IMG/VR virus record: IMGVR_UViG_3300020414_000003
Direction: 5' to 3' (one strand)
Length of the DNA: 36,619 nucleotides
Source: a virus
Of the stretch, positions 26,220 through 32,971 are shown one piece after another. A program made the translations under genes and the position numbers. Numbering within the stretch: position 1 is the stretch's first letter; the number at the start of each line of letters is the position of its first letter. A model generated the notes under the pieces. It did no database searches. It worked only from the letters and a program-made list of their open reading frames with translations, and was not told the DNA's origin.

Positions 26220-26244
26220 TCTGCCATTTAAGGAAGGAAGCGAG

Positions 26245-26379
26245 ATGAAAAAAAATTCAAGTGAAATAAAAAAAGTAGATATTCAAAGATTTATTAAAGT
26301 GATGGAACGCTTTAAGAAAGCAGGATTAAAACTACAGAAAAGGATAGAAGATGCCAACAGGTCAATACAAACTAAGTAA
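26245..26379 (+). CDS. Small basic protein (44 aa; below the ORF-track cutoff)
   Basis: AGGAAGGAAGCGAG lies directly upstream of the ATG. Hand translation gives MKKNSSEIKKVDIQRFIKVMERFKKAGLKLQKRIEDANRSIQTK*. It overlaps the nuclease gene by 29 nt. Confidence 0.5.
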   Translation: MKKNSSEIKKVDIQRFIKVMERFKKAGLKLQKRIEDANRSIQTK

Positions 26380-26992
26380 TGGTAAATTAGTTGTTGGAAC
26401 AACAACAGTCATTGGTCGTTTTAAAGACTCTAATGCTCTAATACATTGGGCATGGGATTGTGGAAAGAAGGGTTTAGACTATCGTCAGGAAAGAGATAAG
26501 GCAGGGGAGCAAGGCACAAGTGTTCATGACCTTGCAGAAAAATATATTCATGGACTTGATTATGAAATACCTGACGATAAAAAAGTCCAAAAGGCTTTTA
26601 AGAAATTTACAGAATGGTGGGATAAGCAAGAGTATAAAATTGTTTGGTCTGAGAAGCAGATGGTCTGTGAAAGTTATGAGTTTGGTGGTTGCCCTGATCT
26701 TCTCGTGCAAGACAAAGAAGGTAATTATGTTTTGATAGATTTTAAAACTGGTAAAAGAATTTACACTGATACAATCATACAGCTTGGTGCATACGCTTGG
26801 TTGATAAATAAAAATGATAATATCGAGGTTCAAAAAGGAATTATTGTAAGACTACCAAAGAACAATAGTAAAATCGAAACTAAAGAATTTACTATAGAAA
26901 AACTAACACTAGGTTTCGACCAATTTAGATTATTTAGAGAGGCTTACGATAATAATGCGATCATTGAAAGATGTTTTAGGAAGGAAAATTAG
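26351..26992 (+). CDS. PD-(D/E)XK (RecB/Cas4-like) nuclease (213 aa)
   Basis: Motifs GTSVHDL, GGCPDLLV, VLIDFKTGK and IIQLGAYAW correspond to motifs I, D, (D/E)xK and QxxxY of RecB-family exonucleases. No Cys cluster is present. Confidence 0.75.
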   Translation: MPTGQYKLSNGKLVVGTTTVIGRFKDSNALIHWAWDCGKKGLDYRQERDKAGEQGTSVHDLAEKYIHGLDYEIPDDKKVQKAFKKFTEWWDKQEYKIVWSEKQMVCESYEFGGCPDLLVQDKEGNYVLIDFKTGKRIYTDTIIQLGAYAWLINKNDNIEVQKGIIVRLPKNNSKIETKEFTIEKLTLGFDQFRLFREAYDNNAIIERCFRKEN

Positions 26993-26993
26993 T

Positions 26994-27392
26994 ATGACAA
27001 CAATGAAAGATGCTCTTGAATTTGTAAATAGAGATGAATGTAATGAATTTGAGAAAAGTTTTTATGATAAAGGGAAGGATAAAGATTGGCAGGTTAGTGA
27101 AAAACAAATGGCTGTGATTGCAAAAATGCCAAAAAAATATCCTGTAGATGATGAACCGAGAAGAACTGATCCATTTGAAGGGCAGAAGCCACAATCAAAT
27201 ACAGATTTTAATTATGGTTCGAATATAGCTACTGATGAAATAGAGAAGAACTTACGACTTATTGATAGAGCTTTTGAGCTTATGGATAACTATGCAAATC
27301 TAAAAGAATTAGATCAAGAGAACAAAAGAGCTATAGCTATCAGTTGTGCAATCAATCAATCAAGAGCTGATTATTTTAATGGGAAAAAATGA
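26994..27392 (+). CDS. Hypothetical early protein (132 aa from the SD-preceded ATG at 26994)
   Basis: AGGAAGGAAA lies 6 nt upstream of ATG 26994. The track start at 26955 would overlap the nuclease gene. Confidence 0.6.
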   Translation: MTTMKDALEFVNRDECNEFEKSFYDKGKDKDWQVSEKQMAVIAKMPKKYPVDDEPRRTDPFEGQKPQSNTDFNYGSNIATDEIEKNLRLIDRAFELMDNYANLKELDQENKRAIAISCAINQSRADYFNGKK

Positions 27393-27484
27393 TATCTTTA
27401 GTCATATCAATCATTCAGTTATTAGTAATTATATTTATAGCTGTCATGATTTACGCAATAGGAGATCAGTTAAGTAAAAAATGA
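27389..27484 (+). CDS. Micro membrane peptide (31 aa, single TM)
   Basis: Hand translation gives MISLVISIIQLLVIIFIAVMIYAIGDQLSKK*. It has ATGA overlaps with both neighbours. Confidence 0.5.
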   Translation: MISLVISIIQLLVIIFIAVMIYAIGDQLSKK

Positions 27485-27831
27485 GCTTAGCGTTTACTGA
27501 TTGGGTTATAGAGGAGCAGGAAAGAGAGGAAAGGTTAGATTTGAAAGAACATACAAAGAATTTATTTAAAGGTAGGGGTTGGAAAATACCTGAAGATGCA
27601 GTTTGTATTAACTGTGGTGATTTTGCAGTGGATACTCATCACTATCGAAATAGGGGTTCAGGCTCAAGCAAGTATTTAGATTACTACGAAAATTTAATTC
27701 CTCTATGCCGATTGTGTCATGATTGTGCTGAGTCTGATAAGGAAATAAACCACACCTTTTACATTAAAAACTTACGAGAAATCCTAAGAATAGAGGAGGA
27801 AAAATACAAAAATGGCGACCATTCCCAATAA
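27481..27831 (+). CDS. HNH-type zinc-finger nuclease-like protein (116 aa)
   Basis: CINCGDFAVDTHHYRNRG...NLIPLCRLCHDCAE shows the spacing CxxC..HH..N..CxxCH. Confidence 0.55.
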   Translation: MSLAFTDWVIEEQEREERLDLKEHTKNLFKGRGWKIPEDAVCINCGDFAVDTHHYRNRGSGSSKYLDYYENLIPLCRLCHDCAESDKEINHTFYIKNLREILRIEEEKYKNGDHSQ

Positions 27832-28165
27832 TCTTATTGACCAACTAGAAGAAAAAGTTGGTGATGCTTTACTACAACTCGAAAGCGTAGAAGATGTTGT
27901 TCAAGCTAAAGTAAATAAGGAAATGATAAAGGAATGGAAATCAAAGAAACTTGCAGAGCTTCAACTAAAAGAAGAACAAAATGGTGTTGCACAGTCTAGT
28001 AAGCAAGACCGAAACGCTAGAGCTAGTCGTGAATGGAATGAGTATTTGACAGAGTTAGAGTTAAAAATGAAAAAAGATACACTCAATCTTGTCAAAAGGG
28101 AAAATGCTCAGATCGTGATATCAGCTTGGCAGACATCAACAAAAGAAAAGGGGATCAAAGTATGA
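27812..28165 (+). CDS. Hypothetical coiled-coil protein (117 aa)
   Basis: E/K/Q-rich heptad-like sequence in a coupled ORF. Confidence 0.6.
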   Translation: MATIPNNLIDQLEEKVGDALLQLESVEDVVQAKVNKEMIKEWKSKKLAELQLKEEQNGVAQSSKQDRNARASREWNEYLTELELKMKKDTLNLVKRENAQIVISAWQTSTKEKGIKV

Positions 28166-28362
28166 GTCAGAAACAGGATATATTAAATCACTTAAAGAAA
28201 CATAGAAAGATTAATGGATTAGATGCGTTGAAACTTTATGGTTGTTTTAGACTACCAGCTAGGATATTAGAGCTGAAAGAGGAAAAACATAATATTGACG
28301 CTAATCTAATTACTTTGAAGAATGGAAAGAAAATAGCAGAATACATTTACAATGACAGATAA
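28162..28362 (+). CDS. Winged-HTH protein, HTH_39-like (66 aa)
   Basis: ATGA-coupled ATG at 28162. INGLDALKLYGCFRLPARILELKEEKHNI matches the G..RL..RI.EL+..G..I signature. Confidence 0.6.
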   Translation: MSQKQDILNHLKKHRKINGLDALKLYGCFRLPARILELKEEKHNIDANLITLKNGKKIAEYIYNDR

Positions 28363-28573
28363 GATATATACATACAAAGATATTGCGAAGATATTTGATT
28401 GTCATGAAAAAACAATCTACCGCAAAATAAAAAAGGTTAGGGAAACATATCCTGATAATAAATCTATTAATAATTATATGGGGAGTAAGTGGTATTGTTT
28501 TGAGGGGGATTTGAAAGAGGTGTTGAATTTGTGTTCAGAAGTAGAAATTAACAAACCTCTTGAACATCAATAA
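28352..28573 (+). CDS. Small HTH DNA-binding protein (73 aa), MerR/excisionase-type helix
   Basis: YTYKDIAKIFDCHEKTIYRKIKKV. This is the last gene of the early operon. Confidence 0.55.
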   Translation: MTDKIYTYKDIAKIFDCHEKTIYRKIKKVRETYPDNKSINNYMGSKWYCFEGDLKEVLNLCSEVEINKPLEHQ

Positions 28574-28910
28574 TACATTTGTTGAGAATAAGTTGGATAG
28601 TGCCTTCGTTGCCTTTTTTGTATTCATCATTCTCTAATGAATAACTTGAAAACAATATTGTCTTGTCCTTTGTTCTTTTGTATAGCCAACCCACAGTCAT
28701 GCAGATTGGCATTGGTTTATCTTCGTAAGAACTAGCTTCGATCCATGTCGGATCACAAAGCCCACTATCAATCCATTTTATAATGACTAAGCGAAGGTCT
28801 TGACATTCGTTGGCTTCCCACCAACTCCTTGCCTTTTGGATCGTTTTCTTCGCACTGCCGATTTCTTTTGCGATTCTGTCATTCTGTTCGCTTTCGATTT
28901 TGGAACGCAT
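28548..28910 (-). CDS. Hypothetical protein (120 aa), last gene of the late train
   Basis: ATG with AAGGAAA 11 nt upstream. Its first 41 codons overlap the upstream gene out of frame, and no alternative canonical start exists. Confidence 0.5.
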   Translation of the reverse strand: MRSKIESEQNDRIAKEIGSAKKTIQKARSWWEANECQDLRLVIIKWIDSGLCDPTWIEASSYEDKPMPICMTVGWLYKRTKDKTILFSSYSLENDEYKKGNEGTIQLILNKCIIDVQEVC

Positions 28911-29044
28911 TTTGGATATTTCCTTTTACTGCCTTTTGCAGACTTACGACCACACTTGGCATAACTGCCATCTTTCTTCCTAGATCCTATGTCTACCCAG
29001 TCTTGAGCAAACCACTTCGTAAGACCTCCACTAGCTCTACTCAT
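28787..29044 (-). CDS. Small basic conserved viral protein, C-terminal half-family (85 aa)
   Basis: MSRASGGLTKWFAQDWVDIG...CGR...KYPKCVP...MTESQKKSAVRRKR. I recall the GL.kWF.e.WVDi and YPKC motifs from phage and giant-virus small proteins. The start overlaps the upstream stop (ATGA). Confidence 0.6.
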   Translation of the reverse strand: MSRASGGLTKWFAQDWVDIGSRKKDGSYAKCGRKSAKGSKRKYPKCVPKSKANRMTESQKKSAVRRKRSKRQGVGGKPTNVKTFA

Positions 29045-29199
29045 TTTTTCTTGGTTGTATAACCCCCACCACGCTTTTTGTATGTCTTGACAAGCCAAGC
29101 ATTAGCATACGCACTAGGATAAACATCAAACTTTCTCTTAGCTTCTGCTTTTACTCGTGCATATAGAGCTTTATTAGTAGGTACGTTTTTTGTAGCCAT
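29041..29199 (-). CDS. Small basic conserved viral protein, N-terminal half-family (52 aa)
   Basis: Hand translation gives MATKNVPTNKALYARVKAEAKRKFDVYPSAYANAWLVKTYKKRGGGYTTKKK*. It contains the VYPSAYAN.W..K.YK..GG motif. Confidence 0.55.
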   Translation of the reverse strand: MATKNVPTNKALYARVKAEAKRKFDVYPSAYANAWLVKTYKKRGGGYTTKKK

Positions 29200-29312
29200 T
29201 ATTTTTTCTTCTTTTTCTTTTTAAGTTTTTTGAAGTCAGCTCCTGTTATCTTATCTCTAGGTTCTGCGATACGAGCTAGTTTCTTTTGTTTACTTGACAG
29301 CTTTCTAGGCAT
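29199..29312 (-). CDS. Lys-tailed micro-protein (37 aa)
   Basis: Hand translation gives MPRKLSSKQKKLARIAEPRDKITGADFKKLKKKKKKK*. It has TAATG overlaps at both ends. Confidence 0.45.
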   Translation of the reverse strand: MPRKLSSKQKKLARIAEPRDKITGADFKKLKKKKKKK

Positions 29313-29938
29313 TACTTCTTTTTCTTCTTTTTGTTTTTCTTAACTTTTTTAATAGCAGAGTTTAGTTTGCCATTAACTTTCTTTGCAGTTTTTTTCATTC
29401 CACGCATATCTATTCTCCTTTGTAAATTATGTCGATGCTCGACTGTTTCTTTGTAGTAATCAGCTTCCCAATGATTGTAATATCCAATCTTTTTAAGTTT
29501 TTGAGATGCTTCTTCTAGGTCATTATATCTTTGTATAAGAACCATAGAAAACTCGTTGTCTGTGTCAAACCCATGATCGTATAAGAAGTCTATATTTTCT
29601 TCTGACGTTTCAGGGTGTGATGACATTAAATACACATCTTTTGGCATATACACAAAGTTTAACGCCTCGATGTGTGATGCTAAATCTGTAGCATTAATAG
29701 ATAAATCAGTGCAACCTATAATGGCTATTCTGTATCTTGTTCTTTTAATTTTGTTTGCCCAATCAACAACAGTCGGTAGTAAATCATCTGCGTTGTAGAC
29801 TTCTTCAATAGCAAATGTGTCTTGGGTTCTACAGTTGTTCGCAAATGGGCAGGTTGGGTAGTTGCCTAAATGTTTGTTTGGTTTTTCGATCACCTCTTGT
29901 GACCATGATAAAATATCTTCTTTTACTGATTTACTCAA
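29312..29938 (-). CDS. Hypothetical protein (208 aa) with poly-Lys C-terminus
   Basis: Clean ORF ending KKVKKNKKKKKK. The YPTCPFANNC motif is present. No family recognised. Confidence 0.65.
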   Translation of the reverse strand: MSKSVKEDILSWSQEVIEKPNKHLGNYPTCPFANNCRTQDTFAIEEVYNADDLLPTVVDWANKIKRTRYRIAIIGCTDLSINATDLASHIEALNFVYMPKDVYLMSSHPETSEENIDFLYDHGFDTDNEFSMVLIQRYNDLEEASQKLKKIGYYNHWEADYYKETVEHRHNLQRRIDMRGMKKTAKKVNGKLNSAIKKVKKNKKKKKK

Positions 29939-30184
29939 TCAGCAGTTCCACATTTTTCGAGACCAGTAATTAGCAGATAATTTATTATTCTTGCCTTTTA
30001 TACCACCTGATCTTGCACAATAAGATTTCTTTCGTGCAGGTGAGTTCTTCTTGATGCTCATATTAGGATCACCAAAGTTTATCTTTTTAACTTTGTCACC
30101 ATCTTTTACGAACACCTTGAACTTTTTGACATCACCCTTCATGGGTTTATTAAGTTTGACTGTTCTACCCTGATAAGTTGCCAT
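29939..30184 (-). CDS. Small basic conserved viral protein (81 aa)
   Basis: KPMKGDVKKFKVFVKDGDKVKKINFGDPNMSIKKNSPARKKSYCARSGG...LSANYWSRKMW matches a pattern I recall from cyanophage and giant-virus small proteins (function unknown). Confidence 0.6.
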   Translation of the reverse strand: MATYQGRTVKLNKPMKGDVKKFKVFVKDGDKVKKINFGDPNMSIKKNSPARKKSYCARSGGIKGKNNKLSANYWSRKMWNC

Positions 30185-30458
30185 CTAATTCTACCTTCTC
30201 TTGTTTTTCTAATTGTTCTGTTAGTGATCTGTTTTGAGATGAAGCATATTCTGCTTTTGCTTTTTGAAATGCAATTACATCGTCTACAGTAATCTTTAGT
30301 TTTTCTTCTCTTAACAATGCGTTTTTATCTGCCCAGTTGTCAAGACGTTCATTAAGGAACTTAATGTGTAGATCCTTTTCTTCGATAGCTTTTTTTAGGT
30401 CTCTGTTTTCTTTCTTTACTTTGCGTAGTAATGCTTCAACTTCTTTTAATGTACTCAC
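30165..30458 (-). CDS. Coiled-coil protein (97 aa)
   Basis: Heptad-rich E/K/L sequence with no TM segment. ATGA-coupled to the holin-like gene. Confidence 0.6.
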   Translation of the reverse strand: MSTLKEVEALLRKVKKENRDLKKAIEEKDLHIKFLNERLDNWADKNALLREEKLKITVDDVIAFQKAKAEYASSQNRSLTEQLEKQEKVELDGNLSG

Positions 30459-30844
30459 TTCTTTAACAACTTCATCGCACCTGAAGCTCCTTTAATTCCA
30501 AAACTTGCACTAATAGCAATATATAAAAGATGTTGGTAGTAAGTAGGTAGACTATGAAGTGCTTCAAAACCAGCTTTTATATGTGGAGTCATAAAAGGAA
30601 TAAATACTAATACTGCTGGTAATAACAAAACTATAAGTGCAATTTCGTCTTTTATGCTGTTTTCCATTTGATTCACAGCAGATGACTCCCATGCCACTTT
30701 ACCAGCAATCATATCTTCTTTAAGTTTTTGTTTTGCCTTTATTTCAGTAACAGCTAATTCTGCTTTTGCTTTTTTAGTTTCAACAAAACCTTTTACTGTA
30801 TCTTTTAGAATAGACGCAATAGGGCTTACAAGTAAATTTAACAT
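30455..30844 (-). CDS. Holin-like membrane protein (129 aa)
   Basis: Directly downstream of the lysozyme gene with a 1-nt overlap. It has an amphipathic K/A/E N-terminus followed by hydrophobic segments (IALIVLLLPAVLVFIPF, LLYIAISASFGI). The organisation resembles GTA-type 3TM holins. Confidence 0.55.
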   Translation of the reverse strand: MLNLLVSPIASILKDTVKGFVETKKAKAELAVTEIKAKQKLKEDMIAGKVAWESSAVNQMENSIKDEIALIVLLLPAVLVFIPFMTPHIKAGFEALHSLPTYYQHLLYIAISASFGIKGASGAMKLLKK

Positions 30845-31293
30845 TATATATTCCTCATGGTATCTGCCAGTTCGTTAGCTCTATTAGGGGTTTGTTTTGC
30901 CCATCGACTGTCTAACATTTCATCACTGGCAGATTGATAATCACACTTTGTTAAGTGGTATTGAAAGTTTTTAAATTTCGATAATCTAGGTAATCCTAGC
31001 TGAAATGCCATATTAATAACACAGCCAAAAGCGATAGGATCAATATCTTCTTCTTTGATAAATGACCTTGCGTCATGTAGAGCTTGGTCAAAGTCTCTTT
31101 CGAAGTATTCCATAATTGTTGCATCATTGTATTCTACTCCTTCCTTGAGGTCGTCTGTAGGTAGTACCAAATGTCCAACACCAAACGTAGCGTTGCCCAA
31201 GTGATCTTTATAAATCTTATTAATTTTACCTTCGTGGTGAATTATTGCAGATTTAATTTCTTCGTACATTCTATAAGTTTCTCCAAATACCAT
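30844..31293 (-). CDS. GH24 T4-type lysozyme (endolysin)
   Basis: HHEGKINKIYKDHLGNATFGVGH reproduces the T4 lysozyme E-x8-D-x5-T catalytic spacing. By alignment to T4 lysozyme the start is probably the second ATG (31269, MYEEIK..). Confidence 0.85.
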   Translation of the reverse strand: MVFGETYRMYEEIKSAIIHHEGKINKIYKDHLGNATFGVGHLVLPTDDLKEGVEYNDATIMEYFERDFDQALHDARSFIKEEDIDPIAFGCVINMAFQLGLPRLSKFKNFQYHLTKCDYQSASDEMLDSRWAKQTPNRANELADTMRNI

Positions 31294-31451
31294 TTTGCTT
31301 TTTCCAAATCTTCAATGCCACCTTTTGATTTATGTCTGACAACATATTTGACAATGTTTCCTTGAAAATAGTCTAGTTTAAATTCGTGAATAAAATCTGA
31401 TACCTGTATCTTTGTGCCGATATAGTATGGTGGATTTATTTTATCTTTCAT
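31242..31451 (-). CDS. DUF3310-family protein (69 aa)
   Basis: GNIVKYVVRHKSKGGIEDLEKAKWYLEKLI is the DUF3310 signature. The ATG at 31451 is ATGA-coupled to the upstream stop, and the track start at 31529 is over-extended. Confidence 0.75.
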   Translation of the reverse strand: MKDKINPPYYIGTKIQVSDFIHEFKLDYFQGNIVKYVVRHKSKGGIEDLEKAKWYLEKLIECTKKLNLQ

Positions 31452-32143
31452 ATTTGACGTACCCATCTGTTTCCTCGTTTTAGGATCATTGGTATCAAGT
31501 GTGGTACACCATTTATAATCATTCCACAACCTAGTACAGGTCTCCTAATATTAACTTTTGAGTAGGCAAATGCAAGTGAGTCTTTATCAATAAGACAGCC
31601 CACATTCATGCCAAAACGTAGGTTTTCAGGGCTTGACCAAAAACCAATACGAAATTCCGTATGATAATGACCTTGTATAAAATTCATGCCTATCGACATT
31701 GAAGATTTTACAGGATCTTTATTCATGTTATGGCAGAAATAGTATTCGCCATATTTATCTTTTATGATTAGCCTATCGTGCCAACGCCACTTTTGCTTAT
31801 CGACACCGAGTATATCTGCGTAGTCCTTCACTGCTAGAGAAGGAAAGCCATGATGCTTTCTCTTTCTATAAACCATTGATCCATGATTACTATGAAGTAA
31901 ATCCATCTTTGGAAATAACTTCTCAATCATCTTGATCTTGTATAACCCTAGCTCTAACTCTTTCGAAGCACTAGGTAGATCAGGATCAGAATCGTGAAAA
32001 GACAGAGCATGATAATCAAGCTCGTCTCCTATACATACAACTCTTTCAGGTTTGTATTTTTTTTTGATAGCTTCTAAGAAAGCAAAACTATCAGTATGAC
32101 TGTATGGTTCGTGAAGGTCTGAGATTATTAAAATCCGAGACAT
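31448..32143 (-). CDS. Calcineurin-like metallophosphoesterase (231 aa)
   Basis: Motifs ISDLHEP, CIGDELD, HSNHG and GHYH. GGGAGGAAG lies just upstream of ATG 32143, and the track start at 32182 would overlap the upstream gene. Confidence 0.75.
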   Translation of the reverse strand: MSRILIISDLHEPYSHTDSFAFLEAIKKKYKPERVVCIGDELDYHALSFHDSDPDLPSASKELELGLYKIKMIEKLFPKMDLLHSNHGSMVYRKRKHHGFPSLAVKDYADILGVDKQKWRWHDRLIIKDKYGEYYFCHNMNKDPVKSSMSIGMNFIQGHYHTEFRIGFWSSPENLRFGMNVGCLIDKDSLAFAYSKVNIRRPVLGCGMIINGVPHLIPMILKRGNRWVRQI

Positions 32144-32151
32144 CTTCCTCC

Positions 32152-32361
32152 CTATATTGTTGTCACCTCTTTTTCTGTGCAAAAGGTTGTCACATAAATA
32201 TCAGGAACAACCATTACTTTGTTTGCAAACATTACAGCGTTGTATCTACACTCTTGCATAGTGTTATATCCTGCTGTTTTAATCACTTGTGTTACGCAAG
32301 TTTTATCAAGTGGTACAGTGGGTGACTGAATACATAACCACATGACGATAAAAAACTTCAT
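32152..32361 (-). CDS. Small secreted/lipoprotein-like Cys-containing protein (69 aa); o-spanin candidate
   Basis: Hydrophobic N-terminus MKFFIVMWLC followed by IQSPTVP, with 4 Cys in total. ATGA-coupled to the upstream TM/coiled-coil gene. The lipobox is atypical. Confidence 0.45.
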   Translation of the reverse strand: MKFFIVMWLCIQSPTVPLDKTCVTQVIKTAGYNTMQECRYNAVMFANKVMVVPDIYVTTFCTEKEVTTI

Positions 32362-32552
32362 TTATTATCTATAAGGTAGTTTTCTATCCAAATTATTTTT
32401 TCTTTAATGACAGCTATATCTTGTTTCATCTGTGTAATAGAGTTTGCCTTTGTTTCGACAGCTTCTAATCGTTCACTCCACATACCCCAAGTCATCGCTA
32501 ATGAGGCAAGAATTACAAGATAGGGTAAAACTGTTTTTATATCTAAGCTCAT
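32358..32552 (-). CDS. Single-TM plus coiled-coil protein (64 aa); i-spanin or holin-accessory candidate
   Basis: TM segment VLPYLVILASLAMTWGMW followed by a helical E/K/I-rich tail. Confidence 0.45.
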   Translation of the reverse strand: MSLDIKTVLPYLVILASLAMTWGMWSERLEAVETKANSITQMKQDIAVIKEKIIWIENYLIDNK

Positions 32553-32971
32553 TTAGACCACTCTACCTTAAACTCATTACCCTTTTGGTCTTGAATAGAC
32601 ATGGTTTGTTTCTCTGTGCCATAAATTTTTGGAGCTAGTTTACCAGCTTTAAAATGCACATTCTTTTGTATAATCTCTAATAGTTTGACCTTAGTCATAT
32701 TTAATTTTGGATCTTTTTTAGCTTCTTCTAACAGCTTGTCTAAATCTTCAATAGTGTATAGAACACTGTCGTGTTTAGCTTGTAGATATTGTTGATTTAG
32801 TTTTTCGTCTTTGTTGATCCATTGTCTTAGCGTTGTCCAAGATACATCTAGTTCTTTGCAACATTCACGAATAGTTTTACCTCTCGCTAACATTTCAAAT
32901 AGATCGGATAAAATAGACTGCTTATACTTGCTTGGTCTATTACCCTGTTTTCTTACTACTTCTGTGGTCAT
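32549..32971 (-). CDS. Terminase-small-subunit-like HTH protein (140 aa)
   Basis: NRPSKYKQSILSDLFEMLARGKTIRECCKELDVSWTTLRQWINKDEKLNQQYLQAK...KAGKLAPKIYGTEKQ follows the GRPtKY..HTH..W...Y..A+...K..P+kYG pattern of a widespread TerS family. Confidence 0.6.
   Translation of the reverse strand: MTTEVVRKQGNRPSKYKQSILSDLFEMLARGKTIRECCKELDVSWTTLRQWINKDEKLNQQYLQAKHDSVLYTIEDLDKLLEEAKKDPKLNMTKVKLLEIIQKNVHFKAGKLAPKIYGTEKQTMSIQDQKGNEFKVEWSK

Noticed and set aside
26474-27194. Minus-strand ORFs 26474-26833 (119 aa) and 26976-27194, and plus-strand 26520-26735
   Set aside because: They are antisense or off-frame to the PD-(D/E)XK nuclease gene and its neighbour, whose motifs are clear. The products are I/F/L/K-rich AT-bias noise.
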